NCBI GenBank assembly: GCA_041908585.1
Contig: JAYRFB010000275.1
Span: 1,222-65,221 of the forward strand
Reading direction: 5' to 3'
DNA length: 64,000 nt
DNA from: Candidatus Krumholzibacteriia bacterium
GTDB lineage: Bacteria > Krumholzibacteriota > Krumholzibacteriia > LZORAL124-64-63
The position numbers and the translations under genes are program-made. Of the stretch, positions 17,386 to 25,745 are shown piece after piece; position 1 is the stretch's first letter, and each line of letters begins with the position of its first letter. Under the pieces are notes generated by a model that saw nothing but the letters and a program-made list of their open reading frames with translations, was not told the origin of the DNA and ran no database searches.

Positions 17386-18924
17386 TCAGGCGACGGTGGC
17401 CACGGCGACCTCGCGGCGGAACTCGAGCGCTTCCTGCAGGTGCCCCGGCTCCACGCGGCACGCGTCATCGAGCGCGGCGATCGTCGCCGCGACCTCGCGG
17501 CAACGGACGACGGCGCGCAGCGACAGCCCGAAGGCCGCGCGCGCGCGGTCGAGGAACCCGTCGCTGCCCGGCGCGAACGGCGCCCCGCCCTCGCGCGTCC
17601 AGCCCGCGAGCCGGTCGCGCGCGGCCACGAGGTGCGACCACTGCGGCGCCTCGCGCCAGCCGTCGCCGACCGCTGCCGGCGCCCCGGCACTGAATGAGCC
17701 CGTCCACTCCGCCATGACCGCGAACAGGTCGATGCGGTCCAGCAGCGGTCCCGGGAGCCGCGCCAGGTACCGCACGCGTTCGCGCGGTTCGCAGCGGCAC
17801 GCGCGCAGCGCGCTGCCGAGGTAGCCGCAGCGGCACGGATTGGTGGCCGCCACGAGCTGGAACCGGGCCGGGAAGCGGCGCTGGCCCGGGCCCCGCGACA
17901 CGGTCACCACGCCATCCTGCAGCGGCTGCCGCAGGGCGTCCAGCACGGCGGTCTGGAACTCGGCCAGCTCGTCCAGGAACAGCAGCCCGCCGTGGGCCAG
18001 GGTGGCCTCGCCCGGGCGCAGGCCGCTGCCGCCGCCGACGAGCCCGGCTGCCGTCACGGTGTGGTGCGGCGCACGGACCGGCCGGGATGTCGCGCGGCGC
18101 GACGCCGACAGCAGACCCGCCGCGCTCTGGATGCGCGTGACGTCCAGCGCCTCGATCTCCGACAGCGGCGGCTGCAGGTCGGCCAGCAGGCGGGCCAGCC
18201 GCGTCTTGCCTGCTCCGGGCGGCCCCACCAGCAGCAGGTTGTGTCGCCCCGTGGCGGCGACGACGGCCGCCTTGCGGGCCAGTTCCTGCCCCGTCAGGCG
18301 GGAGATCTCCGCGCAGGCCGCCATGGCGACTGCCGGCAGCCCCGCCTCCCCGTGCGGCTCCGGCGACTCAGGCCGCGCGGCGGCAGGCTCGCTCCCGAGC
18401 CGGCACCAGTCGAGCGCCTCGCGCAGGTCTCGCACGGGCACGACGCGCAGCCCCGGTGCCAGCGCGGCCTCGGCCGCCTGCGCCGCCGGCACGAGGGCGC
18501 AGGCGCGACCGGCTCCCGTCCGCGAGGCGGCATCGAGCAGGATGGGCAGCAGCCCGCGCACCGGTCGCAACTCCCCGAACAGGGAGAGTTCACCGAGCAC
18601 GACCGCCCGCAGCCGTTCGCGGGTGCCGCTGTCGACGACCCAGCCCTCGGCCGCCGCCGCCACGGCGATGGCGATGGCCAGGTCGAAGGACGCCCCGCTC
18701 TTGCGGATCGCGGCCGGCGCCAGATTGACCGTGATGCGTCCCGGCGGCGCCTTTGCCCCGCAGTACCGCAGCGCGGACAGCACGCGCTCACGGCTCTCGC
18801 GCACCTCGGCCCCCGGCAACCCGACCAGGTGGAAGCCGGGCAACCCGCGGCTGATGACGACCTCGACGCTGACGGGCTGCCCGGCGATTCCCCGGAGCGC
18901 GCCCGTCCTGACCCTGACCGGCAT
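17386..18924 (-). CDS. YifB/ComM family Mg-chelatase-like AAA+ ATPase
   Basis: ORF 17386..18957, start at ATG 18924 (MPVRVRTGALRGIAGQPVSVEV..). ..FDLAIAIAV.., Walker A LLLVGPPGAGKT, ..GGLLFLDELAEF.. Confidence 0.88.
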   Translation of the reverse strand: MPVRVRTGALRGIAGQPVSVEVVISRGLPGFHLVGLPGAEVRESRERVLSALRYCGAKAPPGRITVNLAPAAIRKSGASFDLAIAIAVAAAAEGWVVDSGTRERLRAVVLGELSLFGELRPVRGLLPILLDAASRTGAGRACALVPAAQAAEAALAPGLRVVPVRDLREALDWCRLGSEPAAARPESPEPHGEAGLPAVAMAACAEISRLTGQELARKAAVVAATGRHNLLLVGPPGAGKTRLARLLADLQPPLSEIEALDVTRIQSAAGLLSASRRATSRPVRAPHHTVTAAGLVGGGSGLRPGEATLAHGGLLFLDELAEFQTAVLDALRQPLQDGVVTVSRGPGQRRFPARFQLVAATNPCRCGYLGSALRACRCEPRERVRYLARLPGPLLDRIDLFAVMAEWTGSFSAGAPAAVGDGWREAPQWSHLVAARDRLAGWTREGGAPFAPGSDGFLDRARAAFGLSLRAVVRCREVAATIAALDDACRVEPGHLQEALEFRREVAVATVA

Positions 18925-18927
18925 GGT

Positions 18928-18953
18928 CCCTCCCCGCTGCTGCGCGGGGAGGG
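18928..18953 (-). promoter_or_regulatory. 10-bp hairpin that sequesters the yifB Shine-Dalgarno sequence
   Basis: mRNA sense reads CCCTCCCCGC-GCAGCA-GCGGGGAGGG-ACC-AUG. The only SD-like sequence (GGGGAGGG) forms the 3' arm. Confidence 0.4.
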
Positions 18954-19097
18954 GCAAGCCCCGTGCCCTCGACGCCGCGGCAGCGCCGGCGCCGCGGGCG
19001 CCGGCAGCAGCAGCGGCGCGAAGGCAGGCGCACCTGCAGAGCCGCGCCGCGCCGGACCGTCAAGCGGCGGGGACGCGACCGTCCGTGGTGTCACCCA

Positions 19098-19132
19098 CGA
19101 ACGCGAAACGGGAACCCGGCGGGGTTCCCGTT
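19098..19132 (-). terminator. intrinsic terminator after the histone-fold gene
   Basis: Perfect 11-bp stem AACGGGAACCC / GGGTTCCCGTT with a 4-nt loop (19107..19132), followed on the minus strand by TCGCGTTCG. Confidence 0.5.
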
Positions 19133-19174
19133 CACGTCGAAGCGGGGACGCGCCCGCTCCAGGACTTCGCGCGA

Positions 19175-19345
19175 CTACAGGTCGCAGGGACGGACGGTCT
19201 TGCGACCGTTCTCCAGCGCGCGCTTCTCGGCGGCGATGATCAACTCGCGCACCTTGGCATCAAGGGCGTCGTAGAACTCGCCCGACACGTTGCACTCCTT
19301 GACCGCTTCCTTCGTCTTGGTCTTGCTGATGATCATCTCAGCCAT
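19175..19345 (-). CDS. histone-fold (DUF1931-type) small DNA-binding protein, 56 aa
   Basis: C-terminal 56 codons of ORF 19175..19615: MAEMIISKTKTKEAVKECNVSGEFYDALDAKVRELIIAAEKRALENGRKTVRPCDL. ATG 19345 is preceded by GGAGG at 7-nt spacing. GRKTV..D matches the histone L2/alpha3 signature. Confidence 0.7.
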   Translation of the reverse strand: MAEMIISKTKTKEAVKECNVSGEFYDALDAKVRELIIAAEKRALENGRKTVRPCDL

Positions 19346-19514
19346 GTGGGTTCCTCCCCCGTGTGCAGTGGGCCGTGGATCGCGCCGCCACGCCGCGCGG
19401 CAACCGATGCGGACGCCCCACGGGCGATCGTCCGCGGGCGGGCCGGGGCGGCGGGCAGCTCGGGATTCAGGCGCCGGCGACGTGGTGCGGCCGGCCGACC
19501 CGGTCACAATCGCC

Positions 19515-19543
19515 TCGACACCCCGGTGTGTCAAGGGTAGTTT
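19515..19543 (+). promoter_or_regulatory. candidate promoter of the M20 dipeptidase gene (TCGACA-17-TAGTTT)
   Basis: CCTCGACACCCCGGTGTGTCAAGGGTAGTTTGG, about 70 nt upstream of ATG 19614. A TTGACA on the opposite strand overlaps it (19529..19534). Confidence 0.4.
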
Positions 19544-19613
19544 GGCCGGGAACGAACCACGAATCCGGCGCGCAGTCCCCCACCTCGCGCCGCCTCCAGA
19601 CCAGGAGCCGAAC

Positions 19614-20984
19614 ATGTCCCTCGACGCGGTGCTCGCCTACCTGCAGGCGCATCGACAGGAGCACGTGGCCCAATTGTGCGACCTGTTGCGCATCCCCAGC
19701 ATCAGCTCGCAATCCGATCACGCCGGCGACGTCCGGGCCGCCGCTGACTTCTGCGCCCGCGAGCTGCGCGGACTCGGCCTCGACGTGGAGATCGTCGAGG
19801 GCAACGGCCACCCGCTGGTCTTCGCCCGCACGGCGCCCGTGGCCGGGCGCCCCACGCTGCTCTTCTACGGGCACTACGACGTGCAGCCGGTCGACCCGCT
19901 CGACCTGTGGCAGACGCCGCCGTTCGAGCCGCGGCTGGAAGACGGCGTGCTCTACGCGCGCGGCGCCACCGACGACAAGGGCCAGTTCTACGCGCACTTC
20001 AAGGCGCTCGAGGCCTACCTGCGCACCGGTACCGAGTTGCCGGTCAACCTCAAGTTCATCCTCGAGGGCGAGGAGGAGTGCGGCGGCCGCCACATCTACG
20101 ACTATACCGAGGCCAACGCCGACAAGCTGGCCTGTGACGCCGTCATCATCTCCGACACCGCCCTCTACAACGAGACCACGCCGGGCATCTGCTACTCGCT
20201 GAAGGGCCTGGCCTACATGGAGATCCGCGTGAGCGGCCCGTCGCGCGACCTGCATTCCGGCAGCTACGGCGGCACCGTGCAGAACCCCGCCAACGCGTTG
20301 GCGCAGATCATCGCGGGCCTGAAGGACGCCGATGGTCGCTGCACCGTGCCCGGCTTCTACGACCAGGTGCTCGACCTCGACGCCGAAGAGCGCCGTGCGT
20401 TCGCCTCGCTGGGTTACACCGACGAGATCCTGCGCGACGAGACAGGAGCTCCAGCCGCGTACGGCGAGAACGGCTACACCACGCTCGAACGGATGTGGGC
20501 CCGTCCTACCTGCGACGTCAACGGACTGGCCAGCGGCTACGGCGGCCAGGGCGCCAAGACCATCATCCCGGCCGGCGCCATGGCCAAGGTCTCGATGCGG
20601 CTGGTGCCGAACCAGGACCCGCCGGCGATCGCGGCCGCCTTCGCCGAGCACGTGCGCCGGCTGTCGCCCCCGGGCGTGAAGGTCGAGGTGGAGAACCTCC
20701 ACAACGCGAACCCGGTGCTGGTGCCGCGGGACTCGCCGATGATGCAGGCGGGCATCCGCGCGCTGCGGGCCGGCTTCGGCGCCGAGCCGGTGTTCATCCG
20801 CGAGGGCGGCAGCATCCCCATCGTGGGCACGTTCCAGTCGTGCCTGAAGGCGCCGGTGCTGCTGCTGGGCTACGGGCTGTCGACCGACAACGCGCACTCC
20901 CCGAACGAGAAGTTCCACCTCGAGAACTTCTGGAACGGCGCCCGCACGACCGCGCTGCTGCTGCAGGAGGCAGCCGGTCGCTGA
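19614..20984 (+). CDS. M20 family dipeptidase / peptidase
   Basis: ATG 19614 preceded by CAGGAG. ..LLRIPSISSQ..LLFYGHYDVQPVDPLDLWQTPPFEP..GRGATDDKGQ..FILEGEEECGG.. Confidence 0.85.
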   Translation: MSLDAVLAYLQAHRQEHVAQLCDLLRIPSISSQSDHAGDVRAAADFCARELRGLGLDVEIVEGNGHPLVFARTAPVAGRPTLLFYGHYDVQPVDPLDLWQTPPFEPRLEDGVLYARGATDDKGQFYAHFKALEAYLRTGTELPVNLKFILEGEEECGGRHIYDYTEANADKLACDAVIISDTALYNETTPGICYSLKGLAYMEIRVSGPSRDLHSGSYGGTVQNPANALAQIIAGLKDADGRCTVPGFYDQVLDLDAEERRAFASLGYTDEILRDETGAPAAYGENGYTTLERMWARPTCDVNGLASGYGGQGAKTIIPAGAMAKVSMRLVPNQDPPAIAAAFAEHVRRLSPPGVKVEVENLHNANPVLVPRDSPMMQAGIRALRAGFGAEPVFIREGGSIPIVGTFQSCLKAPVLLLGYGLSTDNAHSPNEKFHLENFWNGARTTALLLQEAAGR

Positions 20985-21003
20985 GCCGAGGACAGGCGCG
21001 CAG

Positions 21004-21040
21004 CGGGCCCCGGGGGCATCCGCCGCCCCGGGGCCCGTTT
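21004..21040 (+). terminator. intrinsic terminator after the dipeptidase gene
   Basis: 12-bp stem CGGGCCCCGGGG / CCCCGGGGCCCG with a 10-nt loop, then TTTG. Confidence 0.6.
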
Positions 21041-21067
21041 GACTTCGCCCAGCCGATAGGGTAGTTT
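21039..21067 (+). promoter_or_regulatory. candidate promoter of tRNA-Glu (TTGACT-17-TAGTTT)
   Basis: TTGACTTCGCCCAGCCGATAGGGTAGTTT ends 20 nt before the tRNA 5' end. Confidence 0.55.
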
Positions 21068-21087
21068 TCGCGCCTCCGCCTACCGGC

Positions 21088-21162
21088 GTCCCCGTCGTCT
21101 AGTGGTTAGGACACCGCCCTTTCACGGCGGCAACACGGGTTCGAATCCCGTCGGGGATGCCA
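21088..21162 (+). tRNA. tRNA-Glu (anticodon TTC)
   Basis: GTCCCCGTCGTCTAGTGGTTAGGACACCGCCCTTTCACGGCGGCAACACGGGTTCGAATCCCGTCGGGGATGCCA. Anticodon stem CCGCC/GGCGG, loop CTTTCAC. Confidence 0.93.
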
Positions 21163-21172
21163 ACACCCGCCT

Positions 21173-22099
21173 CTACTGCACCGCGATCTCCCAGACGTTC
21201 GGCGAACGCGCGTCCCAGTTGCAGTAGACGATGCGATCGCCCGCGTGGTTCCAGCAGGGCCAGTAGCCGCCCTCGTCGGTCAGCGCGCGCGCGTCCGAGC
21301 CGTCGGCATCGACGCACCAGATCTCCATCGTGCCCCCGGTGTCCGACTCATAGGCCACGCGTCCGCCGTCGGGCGACCACGCCGGGTGACCTTCGTAGCC
21401 GGACACCGGGGTCAGGCGCACCAGGTTGCCGCCCTTCGACGGCACGATGTAGAGCGCCGAGGCGCCGTCCTTGCGGTCGGACTCGAACACGATGTGCTTG
21501 CCGTCGGGCGACCAGTCGGCCGTGCGGTCATAGCTGCCGTCGACGCTCACCGTCAGCCGCACGGGCGTCCCGCCGCCGACCGGCGACACCCACAGGTCCA
21601 GGCCGCTGGGCCCGCCCCGATTCGACTCGTAGACCACCAGCGCGCCGTCGGGCGACACGTCGGGACTGCCGTCCTCACCCTGGTCGTCGGTGATCTGCAC
21701 GGGCTGCGCGCCGGGCGCGGACAGGTCCAGGTACCAGATCGACTTCGTGCCGCTGCGGGTCGACTCGAAGACGATGCCGCTGCCGTCGGGAAGCCAGCAG
21801 GGCGCCGTGTCCTCGGCCTCGTGGGAGGTCAGCTGGCGCGCCGACGAGCCGTCGCCCGGCAGCAGCCAGATCTCGCGGTTGCCCGTGGCGTCGGACTCGA
21901 AGACGATGCCGTTGCCCGAGGGCGCGCAGGCGGGATTGGCCTCGTAGACCTCCTCGGTCGCCGTGAGCTGCTTGGCCCGCGCCGCATCCGGCGCCGACGC
22001 CGGGTCCGACCCGCCGCCGCAACCGGCCGTCATGGCCAGCGCCGCCAGCGCGAAGCCCAGTCCCGTCACCGTGTGGATCCTGCCCATCCTGCGCGACAT
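21173..22099 (-). CDS. TolB-like PD40 beta-propeller lipoprotein
   Basis: ORF 21173..22120. ATG 22099 is preferred because AAGGGA lies 7 nt upstream. ..LAALAMTAGC lipobox. Repeated ..SPDGxxIVFES.. PD40 units (WLPDGSGIVFES, VSPDGALVVYES, WSPDGKHIVFES, WSPDGGRVAYES). Confidence 0.8.
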   Translation of the reverse strand: MSRRMGRIHTVTGLGFALAALAMTAGCGGGSDPASAPDAARAKQLTATEEVYEANPACAPSGNGIVFESDATGNREIWLLPGDGSSARQLTSHEAEDTAPCWLPDGSGIVFESTRSGTKSIWYLDLSAPGAQPVQITDDQGEDGSPDVSPDGALVVYESNRGGPSGLDLWVSPVGGGTPVRLTVSVDGSYDRTADWSPDGKHIVFESDRKDGASALYIVPSKGGNLVRLTPVSGYEGHPAWSPDGGRVAYESDTGGTMEIWCVDADGSDARALTDEGGYWPCWNHAGDRIVYCNWDARSPNVWEIAVQ

Positions 22100-22187
22100 G
22101 CGTACATCCCTTCTCTTCATGTTGCGGCGCGACCGGGATGGCGCGCACCCTTCGTCCCGCGGTCGCCCGGCAACCGCTTGTCGGCGA

Positions 22188-23189
22188 TCAACGAACCAGC
22201 GTCACGGCGCCCCGGGCCGACACACCCGCGACTCCCATGCGGTAGAGGTAGCGGCCCGACGGTACCGGCCGGCCACCGTCGTCCAGCCCGTCCCAGGTCA
22301 CGGCCACGCGGCCGTTGGCGGCGACGCCGCCCTGCAGCTTCCGCACCAGGCGCCCGCCGATATCGTGGATGACGACGTCGGCGCCGGCGTCCGTCGCCAT
22401 GCCGGCGGGCAGCACCAGCTCGAGGGTCGTGCGCGGGTTACAAGGATTCGGGAACGCGTGCGCAATCGCCGCCGTCGTTGCCGCCGTGCCCGCGAGGTAG
22501 CCGGCCAGCAGGGACTCGAGCCCCTCGACACGGTCGGGCGTCGCCAGCGCATGGTTCTCGATGCCCGCGCCGCGTGTCGCCAGCGAGCCACCGAACAGGT
22601 AGCGGATGTCCTCGGCCAGGATCTCCCGCGCGCGCCAGGCGTGCGGCGCGGTCGGCCCGGTCGCCGCCAGGTCCAGACCGCGCGCCGACGCGTAGGCCTC
22701 CCAGCGCCCCGGCTGCCAGTCGACGAAGGCCCACGTCAGCACGTGGCCCATCTCATGCGTCGCGATGTAGGAGACGATCGCCGGGTCGGCGGGCGCGAAC
22801 GACGGCGACAGGAACATCGCCCCCCGCCGCGCGAAACTGCTGCCGGTCTCGGCCGGGATGCCGTCGAGGATGTAGACCTGCACGTCGACGTCGGTGTCGA
22901 AGCCGTGCATGTCGGCCAGGGCCGCGGCCACGACCTCGGGGTCGAACGGGTAGAGCGCGCGGGTGGACGGCGCCAGCAGCACCGAGCCGCCCAGCGGGTG
23001 GCTGAACTCGCGCGTGCCGTCGGCCTTGCCGACGCACATCGCCGCGGTCTCGGCGGCGTCGTGGATCGTGGCGCGGATGCCATTGGCGAACGTCTCGGTG
23101 CGGGCCGCCTGGGCCAGGGGGGCCGCGAGCATCGCCAGGGCCGTCGCCGCCGCCGCCGCCAGGTGCCTGCTTCCGTTGCGCGCCATCAT
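22188..23189 (-). CDS. secreted HExxH metallopeptidase-like protein with T9SS-type C-terminal domain
   Basis: ORF 22188..23366. Start at ATG 23189 (MMARNGSRHLAAAAATALAMLAAPLAQA), preceded by AAGGA. Contains ..YIATHEMGHVLTW.. The C-terminus ..FPNPCNPRTTLELVLP..VVIHDIGGRLVRKL..VTWDGLDDGGRPVPSGRYLYRM..VTLVR has the same tail pattern as the gene at 13328. Confidence 0.7.
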   Translation of the reverse strand: MMARNGSRHLAAAAATALAMLAAPLAQAARTETFANGIRATIHDAAETAAMCVGKADGTREFSHPLGGSVLLAPSTRALYPFDPEVVAAALADMHGFDTDVDVQVYILDGIPAETGSSFARRGAMFLSPSFAPADPAIVSYIATHEMGHVLTWAFVDWQPGRWEAYASARGLDLAATGPTAPHAWRAREILAEDIRYLFGGSLATRGAGIENHALATPDRVEGLESLLAGYLAGTAATTAAIAHAFPNPCNPRTTLELVLPAGMATDAGADVVIHDIGGRLVRKLQGGVAANGRVAVTWDGLDDGGRPVPSGRYLYRMGVAGVSARGAVTLVR

Positions 23190-23502
23190 GGGGTCCTTTG
23201 CGTTGCGATCGCCCCTGCCGCGGTCCGCCGGGGAATCCCCGGCCATCCATCCTGGTCCTGCGCCGGATGCCGCAGCTTTCGTACCCCCGCGAGCCGGACG
23301 GACGAAGTTGGGGACAGCGTGCGCATGCCGCCCCCAGTTCCGCTTCAACGCATTGTGTGAGAACAAGATGGAGATGGCAGTGCAGGTCCGGCGCGAACCT
23401 GCCCGACCGCGCGATCAACGGCGTCGAGACGGCCGGTGCCGTTCGTTGGGGGAAATGGCGCAAACCGGTGGGGAAAATCACCCAGCCAGGTCGATCCCGC
23501 GG

Positions 23503-24966
23503 TCAGGCGGCGGGGCCGCGCGCTCCCAGGCGTGACAGGGCGATGGCGCCGAGGCCGAAAGCCAGCGCGGCCGCCTTGACCAGCAGGCCGAGGCCCATGA
23601 CGGCCCCGACGGCAGCCCAGGAGGCGCCCGCGAAGTGCAGCAGGGAGCCGGCGAACGACGGCACATGGAGCACGCACAGTCCCAGGAGCAACGCCGGCGC
23701 CGTGCGTTCACCGCCGACGCCGAGCCGGCGCCCGACCGCGATGCCCGCGGCCGTCAGGCCCAGGACCACCACGAGCGACAGTCCCAGCACCAGCAGCAGC
23801 GCCACCGGCACGCCGATGACGGTGATCACCAGCAGGCCGGTCAGCGCGGCGGCCAGGAACGGGCCGAAGACAACCATCACCGCGCCGAGGCCGAACGCGC
23901 GCCACGGCTCGGCCGCCAGGCGGGCCATGACCAGGCCCACGCGCGCGGCGGGGCTGACCGCGACCGCCAGCAGCGCCGCCAGCAGCGTCAGCACGAAGAG
24001 TCCCTGGGCCACCGCGAACGTCAGGGCGCGATGCTCGAAGAAGCGACCGATCCCCGTGCCGCCGCCGGCACCCGGCACACCGAGGGCGACCGTGTCTCCC
24101 GTGCGGGCGCCGGGATCGGCGTCCAGGCGGCCGCCGACCGTAACCACCGAGCCGCTCACGTCGGCCTTGTCCTGCAGCGCCAGCCTGCCGCCGACGACGA
24201 CCACGTTGCCGAGCACGCGCCCGGCCACGTCGCAGTCGCCGAACACGACCACCACGTTGCCGTGCACGTCCTCGTCGGCCGCGACCGCCAGCGACTGCCC
24301 GACGCGCACCAGGTTCCCCTCGCTGACACGGCGCGGCGGCGGCGGCGGTTCCGGCACAGGCAGGAAGCTGGTCCACTCCAGCCGGCGACCGCCAACCTGC
24401 GCCGTATCCGGCATCTCGTTCAGGATCGCCTCGGTCAGCGCCTCCAGGCCGCGGCTGACCTGCTCGTCGAGGTTCTCCGGCACGGTGATGACGATGCCGT
24501 CGCCGGCGCCGTCCACCAGCGAGATCCGGTTGTCCTTGACCTGGAACTCGAGCCGGCGCAGCTCCGAGCCGATCCCCTCGATGACGCGGGTGATGTCGCC
24601 GATGTTCTGCTCGATGACCACGCGGTGCTCGGGCGACAGCGCCCGGGCGCGGTCGTGCTCGAGGCTGTCGCTCAGGACGCGGATGAGCTGGCGGTAGCGG
24701 CGGATCTCCTGCACGAGCGAGTCGCGCCCCGCGGTGGCGCCGGCACGTGGCGCATCCGGCGGCACCGGCGGCGCGGACGTGCGCCCCCTGGCCGCGGCCG
24801 GGACCAGCGAGGCCGCCAGGAGGGCCAGCAACAGGAACAGCGGCAGGTACGCGTGCGGGCGCGGCAACGACGCCGGCCGACCCGCCACAGCGGATGTCGC
24901 GAACAGCAAACCGGCGCCCGTCGACGGGCCCCGGCGCTCAGCGACGTTCACCCGCTGCCTGCGCAT
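23503..24966 (-). CDS. membrane protein with a bactofilin-like (polymer-forming) beta-helix segment and a C-terminal multi-TM domain
   Basis: ATG 24966 lies 1 nt after the anti-sigma stop. One N-terminal TM, a coiled segment, repeats ..VHGNVVVVFGDCDVAGRVLGNVVVVGGRLALQDKADVSGSVVTVGGRLD.., then about 5 hydrophobic helices. Confidence 0.6.
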   Translation of the reverse strand: MRRQRVNVAERRGPSTGAGLLFATSAVAGRPASLPRPHAYLPLFLLLALLAASLVPAAARGRTSAPPVPPDAPRAGATAGRDSLVQEIRRYRQLIRVLSDSLEHDRARALSPEHRVVIEQNIGDITRVIEGIGSELRRLEFQVKDNRISLVDGAGDGIVITVPENLDEQVSRGLEALTEAILNEMPDTAQVGGRRLEWTSFLPVPEPPPPPRRVSEGNLVRVGQSLAVAADEDVHGNVVVVFGDCDVAGRVLGNVVVVGGRLALQDKADVSGSVVTVGGRLDADPGARTGDTVALGVPGAGGGTGIGRFFEHRALTFAVAQGLFVLTLLAALLAVAVSPAARVGLVMARLAAEPWRAFGLGAVMVVFGPFLAAALTGLLVITVIGVPVALLLVLGLSLVVVLGLTAAGIAVGRRLGVGGERTAPALLLGLCVLHVPSFAGSLLHFAGASWAAVGAVMGLGLLVKAAALAFGLGAIALSRLGARGPAA

Positions 24967-24967
24967 G

Positions 24968-25456
24968 TCAGCCCCCGGCCCGCTGCGCGCCGATCAGGCG
25001 CCGGCCGATCCCCTGCAGCCGGACCAGGACCTCCGGCAGGACCCCGGCCACGGAGACGACCGGCAGCCAGGCAGGCCCGGCGCCGGCCAGCCAGGCTACG
25101 GCCACACCCGCGGCCGCGGCCAGGCCGACGGCACGGGTAGCGGGCGCGCGCAGCCAGGCCGGCAGGAAGCCGCGTTCCAGGTAGACGGGGACCCGCTCGC
25201 GGCGCAGGGGCTCCATCGCCCGGTAGGCCGCGTAAGGCACGGCAGCCAGGACCACGGCGTCGAAATCAGCCGGGGCCTCGTGGGCAGGCAGGGCGTCCAG
25301 GCCGGCGAAGACGCGGCTCAGCGCCTCGTGCTCGCGCTGGCAGGCGTCGCAGTCCCGCAGGTGCAGGAAAATGGACAGGGAGCGCTTCTTCTCCAGCGTC
25401 CCGTCGAGATAGTCCTGCAATTCGATGCGGCAGTCCGGGCAGCCGATGGCATCCAT
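24968..25456 (-). CDS. anti-sigma factor, zf-HC2 type
   Basis: ORF 24968..25564. ATG 25456 is preferred (GGAGGGA 8 nt upstream). MDAIGCPDCRIELQDYLDGTLEKKRSLSIFLHLRDCDACQREHEAL carries the H-x3-C-x2-C pattern, followed by TM helices. Starts at 25489 or 25564 are possible. Confidence 0.7.
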   Translation of the reverse strand: MDAIGCPDCRIELQDYLDGTLEKKRSLSIFLHLRDCDACQREHEALSRVFAGLDALPAHEAPADFDAVVLAAVPYAAYRAMEPLRRERVPVYLERGFLPAWLRAPATRAVGLAAAAGVAVAWLAGAGPAWLPVVSVAGVLPEVLVRLQGIGRRLIGAQRAGG

Positions 25457-25745
25457 CCCCCGGTCCCTCCGCTGGTCATGTGCGTCCATTCCCTCCAACC
25501 TCCCCTGCCGGCGCCGCCCCCGGCCCGGGTTCCCTCCCGGCCCTGGCGCGACGTCGTCCGTCAAGATGGGGGGGGACGGCCGAACCGTGGTCCTTCCGCC
25601 CCCGCCCCGATCCGGCAGGTGTCGAATCCCCCGACATTGACTAGATCACCTGCCGCCGGTACCTACGCCGGCCGGCGGCCTGGGGTTTCACGGTTTCGCG
25701 CACAATTTTTCACGTGGCCGCCGGTCCCTGCCCCCCTCCGGGCGT

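Noticed and set aside
25476-25637. 53-codon minus-strand small ORF (MSGDSTPAGSGRGRKDHG...) in the sigma/anti-sigma spacer.
   Set aside because: The product is Gly/Arg-rich and low-complexity. There is no SD sequence. It overlaps the likely anti-sigma start region. There is no evidence that it is translated.
25613-25655. GGGGGATTCGACACC, reminiscent of the GGATTCGAC motif at the 5' end of tmRNA and of a tRNA T-arm.
   Set aside because: There is no acceptor-like 5' GGGG or 3' CCA pairing, no tag reading frame and no T-arm or acceptor at an appropriate distance. The sequence is better explained as the loop of a 9-bp hairpin in the sigma/anti-sigma spacer.
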